64,000 nt of DNA from Clostridia bacterium (GTDB taxonomy: Bacteria > Bacillota > Clostridia > JAAYHZ01), in assembly GCA_050950825.1 (NCBI GenBank), contig JBMNIH010000003.1, positions 32,001 through 96,000 on the forward strand, read 5' to 3'. The notes beneath the pieces are model-generated. The model made no database searches. It had not been told where the DNA came from and saw only the letters and a program-made list of their open reading frames with translations. A program made the translations under genes and the position numbers. Below, in pieces: positions 28,902 through 38,683 of this stretch (positions within the stretch are counted from its first letter, which is position 1; the number at the start of each line of letters is the position of its first letter).

Positions 28902-29645
28902 TTAAAACAAAGCGTAAAGCTTATTTATCGCTTTTAAGCTTACGATTTTCGAGTAGTGGTAGACTTTGCAAGCAAGCTTTCCTTCTTCATAGACGGGTGT
29001 AGGCGCTTCGATGACAAAATCGGCAAAATCCGATACGTTAAAAGCCACAAAAGCGAGGCTTATGGACTCCACCGGACGGCTATATACCTTTGATAAGTCG
29101 GGGAAAAGTACGGGTCCCGTATCTACTTGATAAAGGTTCTCGCTTTTTTTGATGTTCATGGTTTTCACGGGGTATTCCAACACGGCTCTTAACCCCGTTT
29201 CTTCGTTGAAGATTTCGGTTCTTGCTACAATAGGCTTTGCCTCGTTGGTAGCCGATATGATTTGCTCGTTGTTCCCAAGCTCTCCGTATTTATCGGAAAA
29301 GGACAAGTAATATTTTTGCGATTGCCACATATCGGAAAGCTCGTAGCAGATCTTGTAGCCGTCATTTAGATAGGCAAAGCGTCGAAAAATGCATCCGTTT
29401 TCCGAGCCGAAAACCGGTATAAAATCGTAGTTGTCGGCTTTGAAAAGATCCCTTTTTGCAAAGGTGTTCTCGCTTTTGCATGATCCGCATTGGTAAAAGT
29501 CCTGTTTTTCCCCGGTTCTTTCGTTGATAAACTGCATCCGTGATTCCACCCAAAACCGTACTTGGTTATCCTTATGGGTGCATTGGATAAAAGAGCGCCC
29601 GTAATCAATGGGCGCATCTTGTGTAAGTATAAAATGAATTGACAT
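28902..29645 (-). CDS. Conserved hypothetical protein
   Basis: 247-aa ORF with RBS AGGAGG inside an operon; contains CGSCKSE. Confidence 0.75.
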   Translation of the reverse strand: MSIHFILTQDAPIDYGRSFIQCTHKDNQVRFWVESRMQFINERTGEKQDFYQCGSCKSENTFAKRDLFKADNYDFIPVFGSENGCIFRRFAYLNDGYKICYELSDMWQSQKYYLSFSDKYGELGNNEQIISATNEAKPIVARTEIFNEETGLRAVLEYPVKTMNIKKSENLYQVDTGPVLFPDLSKVYSRPVESISLAFVAFNVSDFADFVIEAPTPVYEEGKLACKVYHYSKIVSLKAINKLYALF

Positions 29646-29678
29646 GATTTCCTCCTATATATGAAGAAACAAGTTAGT

Positions 29679-30968
29679 TTACGAAAAGCTGATTATGTAT
29701 TTATAGGCGTCGGACCTCCACAAATCCCCTTTATAGCTTCCTAAGCGCGTCAGGCAGACTTCCAAATCCAAGGTTTCCCGATTTTCCAAAATGCTGAAGT
29801 TGGAAAGCTGCAATGATTCCGCATCCTTTTCAGGATCCCGATCGTCAATGATCGTAAAGGTGTCTTTCAATAAAAGGCCTTGGACTTGGTCCACTTCCAC
29901 GATAACCAAAGGATATCTCGGGGCATTTCCGTAAGCTTCGGGTCCCGTTATGTTTCCGATCCAATACAATTTGTTGTTTTTGGAGCTTCTGAAGAAATTC
30001 GATATGGTCGCAGGCGAATAGAAAACCTCTCCGTTGTTGTAATGCCAAGGAACGGGATCGGTAAAGGTTTTACCGCCGTCGTCGGAGTAGGTGTACCATT
30101 TATGAGCCGGTGTTCCTTTTTCGATTCTTGTGTTCCAATTCTTGCTTTGTACATTGGAGCCGCGAAATATGGCGACGATGCGGCCGGAATCCAATTGGTA
30201 AACGATGGGTTCATTAACGCTTCTTGAGGATTTAAGGTCGCTGATCACCACGGGTTTGGAGAAAGACAAGTCATATAGATTCTTTTCCTTGTTCCAAACG
30301 CCACGGCAGATTATAAGGCCTCTCATGATTTGCGGACAGGAAGGAAAGATATCCATCACGTCGATTCCTAAGATTCTGCAGCAGGACATAAGGCTTGCGT
30401 CAATGGCGAATAGAATGTCGCCGTTTGCCAAAACCTGCAGGTTGGTTCCCATATAAGCGTCGTTTTTCCATAAGTAATCCGGATCGTTCCAACGGTCTTC
30501 GTCGTAATCGGCTCCTTCTTCGTATTTGACCAATTGGCCTTTGCTCCAGTTCTTTCCGTCTTTCGATACGTACAAAAAGCAATGATCGTGGAAGGATTTT
30601 TTCGCTTCGCCCCAGAAAAGCTTGTAGGATTGGACATGGCCTCCGTCGAAAATCCTCTGCATCGTCAATGTTACAAAATGGTCATGGACCGGGTTGTAAT
30701 AGCCGTGGACAGGCTGACCCGTCATAATTTCATCGTCGCCCTTTTGTACGTATTCCGAACGATAGATGTCCTCCCATTCGCCCCACGTTTTTCCGTTATC
30801 CGGCGAGACTCTTCGGTATAACTCGTTGCTGAAATCCGATTCCGAAGTGACCGAACGGATATCCGCAAGCTCCAAGCCCTTGCCGATGTAGTAAAAATGC
30901 CTGCTTACGCAGCGATTCGGCCCCGGAGCCATTTCCACAATCTTTTTGGTGACAGTTATCTTGCTCAT
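29679..30968 (-). CDS. BNR/Asp-box sialidase-like protein
   Basis: SPDNGKTW, SKDGKNW, NEP, SDDGGKTF, PRYPL. No signal peptide. Confidence 0.8.
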   Translation of the reverse strand: MSKITVTKKIVEMAPGPNRCVSRHFYYIGKGLELADIRSVTSESDFSNELYRRVSPDNGKTWGEWEDIYRSEYVQKGDDEIMTGQPVHGYYNPVHDHFVTLTMQRIFDGGHVQSYKLFWGEAKKSFHDHCFLYVSKDGKNWSKGQLVKYEEGADYDEDRWNDPDYLWKNDAYMGTNLQVLANGDILFAIDASLMSCCRILGIDVMDIFPSCPQIMRGLIICRGVWNKEKNLYDLSFSKPVVISDLKSSRSVNEPIVYQLDSGRIVAIFRGSNVQSKNWNTRIEKGTPAHKWYTYSDDGGKTFTDPVPWHYNNGEVFYSPATISNFFRSSKNNKLYWIGNITGPEAYGNAPRYPLVIVEVDQVQGLLLKDTFTIIDDRDPEKDAESLQLSNFSILENRETLDLEVCLTRLGSYKGDLWRSDAYKYIISFS

Positions 30969-31003
30969 ATGCCCCTCCTGATATTAAATGAATGTTTCAT
31001 ATG

Positions 31004-31046
31004 AAAAGTTCGCTCGGCTAAAGCATAAGAATTAAGCCGAGCGAAC
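31004..31046 (-). terminator. Stem-loop after SBP paralog 3
   Basis: 12-bp stem GTTCGCTCGGCT/AGCCGAGCGAAC with a short T4 tract on the minus strand. Confidence 0.6.
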
Positions 31047-31097
31047 AAATATATAAGTTTCTAGAGAATGAATACGCCGGTATATTTTATCATCTTT

Positions 31098-32942
31098 TTA
31101 TTTTCCTTGCGACGGTGACAAGCTTGCAAAGTAGTCGTAGGTTTTAACTTCATCTCTGTTCCAAATGTCAACCCATTGTTGCAGACCTGCGGCGTAAATC
31201 TGTTCAATGTATTGGGTCCATTCCGCATCAAAGTTGGAAATCTGTCCTGCGAAAGCTTTCTTTCGGAAATCGGAATGTACCGTATTAATTGAAGATGAGG
31301 TTTCGTCTCTCAACGTCTTAAATTCGTCAAACAATTCATCCGGCATGGTAAATGCGGAATAATATTTGTCCGGGCGAATCCACAGATTATCGCTCTTGTA
31401 GCCTCCGGGATTGTAGATGTTCCAGTAATCGATGAACTGGTTGTTGAATGCGTCAAAGCTGAAGTAAACCTTGTTGTCGCTGACAAAATTTCCGTTACCG
31501 AAATGGCCTACACCGATTTGGTTCTTACCTGCATACTGGGGAGGAATTTGTTCAGCCGGGGTCATCACTATGGGACTTGCGAAAGGCTCTCCCGTCCATT
31601 TGTAGTGAATACCTTCGATTCCCCATTTATACCGCAGCCAGTTTTCACCGAAGTAAGCATATTCGAGAATTTGGAAGAGTCTTGCCAGTTTCGCATCGTC
31701 GCAGTTATAACCGATAGGATAGGTATAGCCTTCACTCCAGTTAAAGGTCCAGTAAGGACGGAATTTTCCGTCTTCACCGGGTACCGGCGTTACCACGAAT
31801 TTTGCATCCGGATCCTTTTGGCATACGCTGGCAGGCGGCCATTCGTACATGTCGGTATATCCTAAAATTCTCGGTCCGCTCAGCATGCACATATATCCGG
31901 TTTTACCGGTAGCCCATGTCGCTTTTAACTCGTTCACGTAAGGCTCTAAGTTTGGATTACGGACATAATATCCTTTTTCCAGCATTTCCGTCACGTATTG
32001 CAGGTTTTCTTTGTACTTGGTGTATGCGTAATAGGGAACATAGTCTCCGGTTACCGGGTCGCGGTAGAAGTGGTTGCCGTCCTGATCAAATCCGAACATG
32101 CCGTAGGAGGTGTAAACATCATACCATGTATCCGTGTACATGGCACCGTGGGTATCGTCGATACCGTTTCCGTCCGGATCGTCTTCCGTAAAGGCTCTCA
32201 TGAGTTCCCTGAGCTCGTCGATGGAAAATTTCGTGTCGGAGAAGTACAATACATTATCCATATCGTCGTATGCTACGCTGGTCATGGGAACAAGGTTATC
32301 CATTTGGTAGCCTAAGTTTTCCAGCCAATCCAAACGGAACATGGGTACGTGGCCGGTATGGTGAGCCATACATGTGAAAGAAGTAAGCCCGTAGTATTCG
32401 TCTTCCTTATCTTCCACTCGATTGTGAAGGAATCCGATGGGGTCGGCCACCAGTTGCTTGTAGTAGGAGGGATAATACTGTTGAATCATCGATAAGGGAA
32501 CGGTTCTTCCTAAGCCGTTTTCCACCATATACCGTCCCGTGGTGTAATAGAAGCCGTAGTCGGGAGCATCCCCTGCGGCTAACATCATTTGAACTTGCTC
32601 CATGTTACTGGAGTCGATCATAATGTTCCACAGCTTGATATCCACGTTGAACATTTCTTCGAGCTCAAGTTCGTCCCATCTTCCTTCTTCATACAAATGG
32701 GAGGTGTAGATACCGGTCAACCAGGTAATCACCATTTTTTCCGCAAAGGGATTTTCGATTTCCGTTTTGGCCGGTGCCGTCGTAGTAGTCGTTTCCGCTT
32801 GCTTTGCGGTTGTCACACCTTTAGTTGTGGTTGCTGCCGTTGTCGTCACACTCGTTCCGTCCGGTGCCGTTTCTTGCTTTTGACATGCCGCGAAACTTAC
32901 CAACAAGGTAACTATGAGAATAGCTACAAAAACCTTTTTCAT
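31098..32942 (-). CDS. Lipoprotein solute-binding protein, paralog 3
   Basis: Lipobox FAAC, Thr-rich linker, YEEGRWDELELEE, AFTEDDPDGNGIDDT, WGIEGIHY. RBS AAGGAGG. Confidence 0.88.
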   Translation of the reverse strand: MKKVFVAILIVTLLVSFAACQKQETAPDGTSVTTTAATTTKGVTTAKQAETTTTTAPAKTEIENPFAEKMVITWLTGIYTSHLYEEGRWDELELEEMFNVDIKLWNIMIDSSNMEQVQMMLAAGDAPDYGFYYTTGRYMVENGLGRTVPLSMIQQYYPSYYKQLVADPIGFLHNRVEDKEDEYYGLTSFTCMAHHTGHVPMFRLDWLENLGYQMDNLVPMTSVAYDDMDNVLYFSDTKFSIDELRELMRAFTEDDPDGNGIDDTHGAMYTDTWYDVYTSYGMFGFDQDGNHFYRDPVTGDYVPYYAYTKYKENLQYVTEMLEKGYYVRNPNLEPYVNELKATWATGKTGYMCMLSGPRILGYTDMYEWPPASVCQKDPDAKFVVTPVPGEDGKFRPYWTFNWSEGYTYPIGYNCDDAKLARLFQILEYAYFGENWLRYKWGIEGIHYKWTGEPFASPIVMTPAEQIPPQYAGKNQIGVGHFGNGNFVSDNKVYFSFDAFNNQFIDYWNIYNPGGYKSDNLWIRPDKYYSAFTMPDELFDEFKTLRDETSSSINTVHSDFRKKAFAGQISNFDAEWTQYIEQIYAAGLQQWVDIWNRDEVKTYDYFASLSPSQGK

Positions 32943-33181
32943 TCTTTTGACCTCCTTATACAGTTCATGTTTATCTATATACCTAAGAGAGCTTCCTCTC
33001 TTTTCGGTCTCAAAAGGTGTCCCTTTAAAAGACGCTAAACTGACGGAGACGAAATATATTCGAAAAAAGAACTAAAGGACTAACCTCCCTTGTTGTGTCT
33101 ATCTCTCTAAACTTCAATTATATGGCTATATTCAATTATATTTTACTAATCGTACGTACACAACCACATAAATTGTCCTGT

Positions 33182-34108
33182 TCATTTCAATTTATGTCCG
33201 TTTTTTGATTGTTTTCTGTATACAGAGGGTGTAACCCTCGTCAATTCACGAAAAGCACGCTGGAACGTGTTTAAAGAATTGTATCCGACTTTTTCCGCGA
33301 TCCGAGAAACCGCTTCATCCGTGTTTTTCAGAAGATACATGGCCACTTGGATACGCGTTAAGCTCAGTTTCTTTTTATAGGACATGTTGAAATATTTCTT
33401 CATGATGCGGTCAAAATGCCTGGGACTGATATTGAATTTTTCCGCAACGTCTTCCATCCGAATGTCCTTTGCATAATTGTATTCGAAAAAGGCGCCGATG
33501 GAATAAATCAATTTGAGTTCGCTTTCTTCGATATGATTTTTTTCTTCCGGCTTTTCCTTCGGTTCAAATCCCGGAAGAAGAATGCGAAAGATTTCCGTCA
33601 ATAGCAGCACGAACAGACAACGGATGCTGTCCCGACTGTTGAATTCATTGTTTTTAAATTCCCATTGAATTTTTTCCACGTAAGAAAACAAAAGCTTGGC
33701 ATCGTGAATCACAACAGGCTTCAGATCCAAAGGACGGCCGATCTTCTTTTCCATCTCGGCTTCATCGAACAGAAAAAGAATATGGTAAGGTCTTACGTAG
33801 GAACGAGAATCGGTGGAAAGATAGTGAGAGCAAAAGCGCGGTGTGTAGGAAACGGAATATTCTTTGAGTAAAAAGGCCTCCTCATCGATATGCATCACGC
33901 CTTCTCCTTTTGCAAACAAGCAAATTTCATGAAAGGCATGGCTGTGGTTTACCGCAAACCTTTTAACGGGCTCGTCCGTGAAAAATATGTTTTCCAAATA
34001 GATTTCAAAAGGTACGTCGTAAATGGAAAGATAAAGAACCGTATCATGCTCGCTGCTATCGATATACCTTAACAGAAATCGACTATCCATTTCATTATTA
34101 TTTCCCAT
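33182..34108 (-). CDS. AraC-family transcriptional regulator with a cupin sensor domain
   Basis: HSHAFHEI cupin motif; C-terminal double HTH (VAEKFNISPRHF; IAEKVGY.S...F.RAFR..T.VTP..YR). Confidence 0.92.
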   Translation of the reverse strand: MGNNNEMDSRFLLRYIDSSEHDTVLYLSIYDVPFEIYLENIFFTDEPVKRFAVNHSHAFHEICLFAKGEGVMHIDEEAFLLKEYSVSYTPRFCSHYLSTDSRSYVRPYHILFLFDEAEMEKKIGRPLDLKPVVIHDAKLLFSYVEKIQWEFKNNEFNSRDSIRCLFVLLLTEIFRILLPGFEPKEKPEEKNHIEESELKLIYSIGAFFEYNYAKDIRMEDVAEKFNISPRHFDRIMKKYFNMSYKKKLSLTRIQVAMYLLKNTDEAVSRIAEKVGYNSLNTFQRAFRELTRVTPSVYRKQSKNGHKLK

Positions 34109-34239
34109 ATCGCACCTGCCGGGAAACGAGATATACTTACATATCTTCGTTTCTTTGTTTAACCTATATCCATATTACCATATTTACAGGCTAAAATCAG
34201 CCGGCGGGATCGAATGGGAAACATATTCAACACGGAAAA

Positions 34240-35643
34240 CTAGAATTTTATATTCTTCCTTGCATAATTCCATAGGTGAAGCACAAGATTTCGGTTTAAG
34301 TAAAGGGTGAATAGGACAAGTATGCCGGCGGCAACAATTTGCCAATAGATGTTTAATGTATAGTAGACAAAAAGTGTAATCATTAAAAGCAGTAAGCTCG
34401 GTATCAGTTTCGGAAAATCGATTTTTAAGTTGATAATATTTCCCACGGATTTGATTCTTATAAAATACAGTACGGCGAAGGAGATCATATTGGATAGGGC
34501 AACACCCCATATGGAAAACAGAGGGATCAGAACAAAGGACAAGACCACATTGCACAATGCCGATATCATGGTGGTAATTAAAGCTATCTTCGTTTTCATG
34601 GATGCCGTATAAACGGCACCTAAAAAGGTCGCTAAAGAATTAAAGGAGCTTCCGATCATCAATAAAGGAACAAATATCCAAGCATCCTTGTATTCTCCCC
34701 CTATGGTCAGCAAGTTATAGATTTTAATGGCCGGCAGCAAGCATGCCGTCATGGAAACGGTAAAGACGGTGAAGGAGGTTAGGCCTCTATTGAAGAATTC
34801 GTCTCTGTCCTCCGCTTCGAATTCGGTAATGACATTTTCTATCCAAGCTTTAAGGAAGATGGAATTTATGAGGATAATTAAGTTCGGAAATTTATAGGTG
34901 ACCGCCAAGATTCCGTTATCCGACGCATCATGGAATGAGATTAATATGTATTTTCCCAATAGACCGATCACCCACCAAGCAATTTGAGTCGGTATTAACG
35001 GTAAACCGAACTTCAATTGCTTTTTGATTTCTTCTTTTGATATTTTTTTTAAATCGATGTATTGCCAAATTTTCGTTCTTAAAGCCATAAGAATAGAAAT
35101 GACCAAAGAACCGGCAATGGAAGAAATCAGCAAGGATTCTCCGCCTAATCCCGGTCCAATAAGCAAGAAAATATTTAGAATCGCATTCACTGCCGCAAAA
35201 ATGAAATCGGACAAGGCATATTCCACCGTTCTATGAAAGCCTCGAACGACCTGCTGCAAAAATATACCCAAATAAGTGGCTAGAAAATAGACAAAAAACA
35301 AGAAGACATATTGAAATTTCAGAAAAATCCCAATGGGAAAATACAATATGGCAAAAACCGAAAGGCCGAATACAAATACGGCTAATGCATTGGTAAAGGT
35401 TTTACTCCTGTCATCCCGAGTTTCATCCGTCATTAAAAAACGAAATACCGACTCCGTAACTTGCATGGTGAATATGGGGGCTATCAAAGGAAGTGCGCTC
35501 ATGAGTATATCGACGGTACCGTAATCGGCCGAGGATAAATAAGCAGTATAGATGGGAAGAAGAATAAACCCCAAGATTTTTGAAGCAAAATTCCCCATGA
35601 AGTATATAATGGTTGTTTTTATGACTCTATCGTTTCTATCCAT
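34240..35643 (-). CDS. wzx: Wzx-type oligosaccharide flippase
   Basis: GNFASKILGFILLPIYTAYLSSADYG, 12 or more TM helices, KFGLPLIP, LIPLFSIWG. Confidence 0.88.
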   Translation of the reverse strand: MDRNDRVIKTTIIYFMGNFASKILGFILLPIYTAYLSSADYGTVDILMSALPLIAPIFTMQVTESVFRFLMTDETRDDRSKTFTNALAVFVFGLSVFAILYFPIGIFLKFQYVFLFFVYFLATYLGIFLQQVVRGFHRTVEYALSDFIFAAVNAILNIFLLIGPGLGGESLLISSIAGSLVISILMALRTKIWQYIDLKKISKEEIKKQLKFGLPLIPTQIAWWVIGLLGKYILISFHDASDNGILAVTYKFPNLIILINSIFLKAWIENVITEFEAEDRDEFFNRGLTSFTVFTVSMTACLLPAIKIYNLLTIGGEYKDAWIFVPLLMIGSSFNSLATFLGAVYTASMKTKIALITTMISALCNVVLSFVLIPLFSIWGVALSNMISFAVLYFIRIKSVGNIINLKIDFPKLIPSLLLLMITLFVYYTLNIYWQIVAAGILVLFTLYLNRNLVLHLWNYARKNIKF

Positions 35644-35648
35644 AAACT

Positions 35649-37955
35649 TTACCTGTTCCTTATAACCGAACGAACCCTGTTGTATAGATTGTACAATTTT
35701 TCATAGAGTTCAAACCCGCTGCAATATAAAGAAGCCAAATCGTCTAACGACTTCGTATCCGATTTTAAATCCTCAATCAGTTCTTCATAAAACACCGGTT
35801 TAATCGGATTATACGGGTATTGTACCGTCCAATAATCGCTGCATTCTTTCTCTTCCGGCACTACCCTGTTCTCCGTCTTTAACTTATGGAGGATGGCATC
35901 TCCCGCCTCGGTTAACGCAATCACCATGGATACTCCTTCTTTATCCTTCCGATATCCGGGTCCCCAATAATCTCCGATTCGAATATCCGCCGATGAAGCG
36001 ATTCGAAACTTGCATTCGTAACAAGATTCCATGCAGCAATTACGTAAGTGAAAAAAGCGATAAAAAAGGTCGTTTTTTTCTTCCTTCCGGTACGTTTTGC
36101 CTTGGCCTTCAATTTTCATATACTTTTTACTCCAACCCTCCGACTTGTCCCGAAATCGAACATCGGGATTAAAGCCATATCCGTAGCGTTTGGAGCCTTC
36201 TTTCAAGTACTTCTCCCAAAGATACCGGCTCGGTACTCCGTAGCATATGAGGTCTATCAATACGTATTGTTCTCGCTTGTTTTTCGACTTTAGCAAAAGA
36301 TCAAGCCCCGCTATTTGGCAAGGAGTTCCGAAAACAACCGCCCTTTGCGTTTGATCCATGACCTGCGAAAATGCGACTTTTGTATTGCTCTGCAAATACT
36401 TCGAGCCTTTCAATTGCTCCAAAGAATCCGTGTCAAAAGCCTTTATAAGCCTGTGAACCGCTTCGTTTTTGCTTCTGTCATAAACGCACCCGGCAACATC
36501 ATAGCCTTTCTCCGAAAGGTATCGCGCGATTTCAAACCCGGCTCCGCCGGAGGAAGAAGTAGCTAAAACATTTTTGCATGTTGATTTTAGCATGTATAAC
36601 GAATGTTTGTCTCGATCAATTTTTTGAGTAATATCATTGCCGAAGGGACAGACCGTTCTGCATTTTTTGCATCGTACGCATTTTTCTGCATCGATGAAAA
36701 ATTTCAAAAAGCCAAGTTTGTCTCTTCTTATATCGATGGCATCCTTCGGGCAGACAAGGGAACATACTCCGCAACCGCAGCAAGTGTTTGTAATAACATA
36801 ATCGTATTTACTTTCTTTGCAGGTGTTTATTGCATTCTTTATGGCATTGCTTAAAAAAGCAACGGATTCCGTACGCTTTTCCTCTAATCTTTTGTTACAA
36901 TCGGAATAATCGCATTCGAAAGGATTGTTATACGGCACATTCGTATCTTTCACTAACCTATAATCCAAACCCAACAGTCGTAGAATATGATGGATTCTGG
37001 AATTCTGATTGTTTGCGTCTTTACTTTTGAACCTTTCATAGGTTAAAAAAGGTTTTTGATACAAAATGGAAATACAGGTTCCGTGGAAGGAATCCGTACA
37101 TACCAATGCGGCATTTTTAATAAGGGTTAAAAACTCGGCAGGTCCAATCCCCGGCAATACTTCTTGGCCCCATTGAACATCGCTTTGAAACACAGGGATG
37201 ACTTTTAACGGCAAGCCTATTTTTTTGCTCATTTCAAGGGCATGAGACCGGTTACTTTTATTAGTCCCCAAAAAGTAGCACAGGATATACGGCTTGTCCT
37301 CATCTATCATGCCAAGACTTGGAGATGCCAATTTGTCCCATTCTTCGGAGGTTAAAAGAAGCGTCGGATCCAAAACGACCTGCGCCTTTTTTCCGCTGAT
37401 CCGTTTTATGATTTCCGCTCCTTGTTCTTCCCGTACCGATAAAGAAACAAAGCCTTTTAAATGTTCGGCCATCCGCATTTTAACATAAGGATCGTCGATT
37501 TTCGTTAAGCCGATACTGGGAGCATAAGCAATTCTTTTATTCGGATTTTCGACAAAAGAAAGAAAATATTTCTCGTTAAAAAAGGTAGGCGCCCATATTT
37601 GATCGCTTCCGCACACAAAGGCATCGTATTCTTCATTCAGTAAGAACAAATCCGAGTCCGTTTTGCACTCTTTCGTATAACAAATATATTTTCCTAAAAA
37701 CTCCTCAAAGGCTTTCTCTTTTGCCGGATCTATAAAAGGGACTTCTTTTCCGGTTCTTCTTTTTTTTCTTAAAAGGTCGATATATCCGGATAAACGATTC
37801 AAATTCGACATCGTCACCAATTGTCCGTGGGGAACATAGTCGATCACATCCACGGAATACCCTAGCTTTTTTATGCCGGAAGACAATGCGGTTACTTGCA
37901 AAGCCGTACCGAAATTACGGTAATGCGACCATGTCATTATAGCGATCCTATTCAC
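35649..37955 (-). CDS. Fusion of polysaccharide pyruvyl transferase, 2x[4Fe-4S] ferredoxin and FrhB-like (F420 hydrogenase beta) domains
   Basis: NFGTALQ, CGSDQIW, SVREE, DPTLL, TDSFHG; CCGCGVCSLVCP and CVRCKKCRTVCP; SSSGG, GSKYLQS, GTPCQI, DLICYGVPS, CYECKF, DIRIGDYWG. Confidence 0.88.
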   Translation of the reverse strand: MNRIAIMTWSHYRNFGTALQVTALSSGIKKLGYSVDVIDYVPHGQLVTMSNLNRLSGYIDLLRKKRRTGKEVPFIDPAKEKAFEEFLGKYICYTKECKTDSDLFLLNEEYDAFVCGSDQIWAPTFFNEKYFLSFVENPNKRIAYAPSIGLTKIDDPYVKMRMAEHLKGFVSLSVREEQGAEIIKRISGKKAQVVLDPTLLLTSEEWDKLASPSLGMIDEDKPYILCYFLGTNKSNRSHALEMSKKIGLPLKVIPVFQSDVQWGQEVLPGIGPAEFLTLIKNAALVCTDSFHGTCISILYQKPFLTYERFKSKDANNQNSRIHHILRLLGLDYRLVKDTNVPYNNPFECDYSDCNKRLEEKRTESVAFLSNAIKNAINTCKESKYDYVITNTCCGCGVCSLVCPKDAIDIRRDKLGFLKFFIDAEKCVRCKKCRTVCPFGNDITQKIDRDKHSLYMLKSTCKNVLATSSSGGAGFEIARYLSEKGYDVAGCVYDRSKNEAVHRLIKAFDTDSLEQLKGSKYLQSNTKVAFSQVMDQTQRAVVFGTPCQIAGLDLLLKSKNKREQYVLIDLICYGVPSRYLWEKYLKEGSKRYGYGFNPDVRFRDKSEGWSKKYMKIEGQGKTYRKEEKNDLFYRFFHLRNCCMESCYECKFRIASSADIRIGDYWGPGYRKDKEGVSMVIALTEAGDAILHKLKTENRVVPEEKECSDYWTVQYPYNPIKPVFYEELIEDLKSDTKSLDDLASLYCSGFELYEKLYNLYNRVRSVIRNR

Positions 37956-38683
37956 ATCCGTGACCCCTTCATTTTATTCTTTACTTTTACCACAAACTCC
38001 GTTCCTTTGGTACCGATAATTCGTTTTATCTCGTCATTCAGCTTTTCTCTTTTTGACTTCCAAGATCCTGAAAAACGATGAATCGTATAGGTATTTTCAT
38101 TGGCACATATTTTACCGGTTCTCAAATCCTTTGCACAGAAAAAATCAAATGGATAGACATGCAAATCTTCTTTTAATACTTGGTAAGCGTCTTTCGGCTC
38201 CCAACCGTAAGCTTTCTTTGTAAACTCGGCAACCAAGTAGGTGTTAGGAATAGTATCGTAACTTCCGTCGGGAAGTATGAATCTTTTATTCTCGTATTCG
38301 GCCAATAAATCCTTTATCCACGGATGGCCGGATTCCGCCCCTATGGTTCCGGTGCCTAACAAAACATCGCTCTCACAGCCAATGAACGCTTTATGCACAA
38401 GGAACGGATCCAAGGGCTTTAATGCTTCCACATCGGTATCCATGTAGATACCGCCGTAGTTGTATAAAGCATAGAGTCTTACGTAGTCGGAAACAAAAGC
38501 GTATTTATTTACTTCATAAGCTTCTTTAACAAAAGTGTGCTTGGTAACGTCGAATCGCTCTTCATTCCACATAATAAATTCATAATCGGGCATATGTTTT
38601 TTCCACGATCGGATGCATTTGTTTGCAAGCTTCGGCATTTTGCCTTTGCCGAACCAGCAGTAATGAATGATTTTCGGTATCAA
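37952..38683 (-). CDS. GT32 (DXD) glycosyltransferase
   Basis: IPKIIHYCWFG, AFVSDYVRL, GGIYMDTDVE. TTG start overlaps the upstream stop. Confidence 0.9.
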   Translation of the reverse strand: MIPKIIHYCWFGKGKMPKLANKCIRSWKKHMPDYEFIMWNEERFDVTKHTFVKEAYEVNKYAFVSDYVRLYALYNYGGIYMDTDVEALKPLDPFLVHKAFIGCESDVLLGTGTIGAESGHPWIKDLLAEYENKRFILPDGSYDTIPNTYLVAEFTKKAYGWEPKDAYQVLKEDLHVYPFDFFCAKDLRTGKICANENTYTIHRFSGSWKSKREKLNDEIKRIIGTKGTEFVVKVKNKMKGSRM

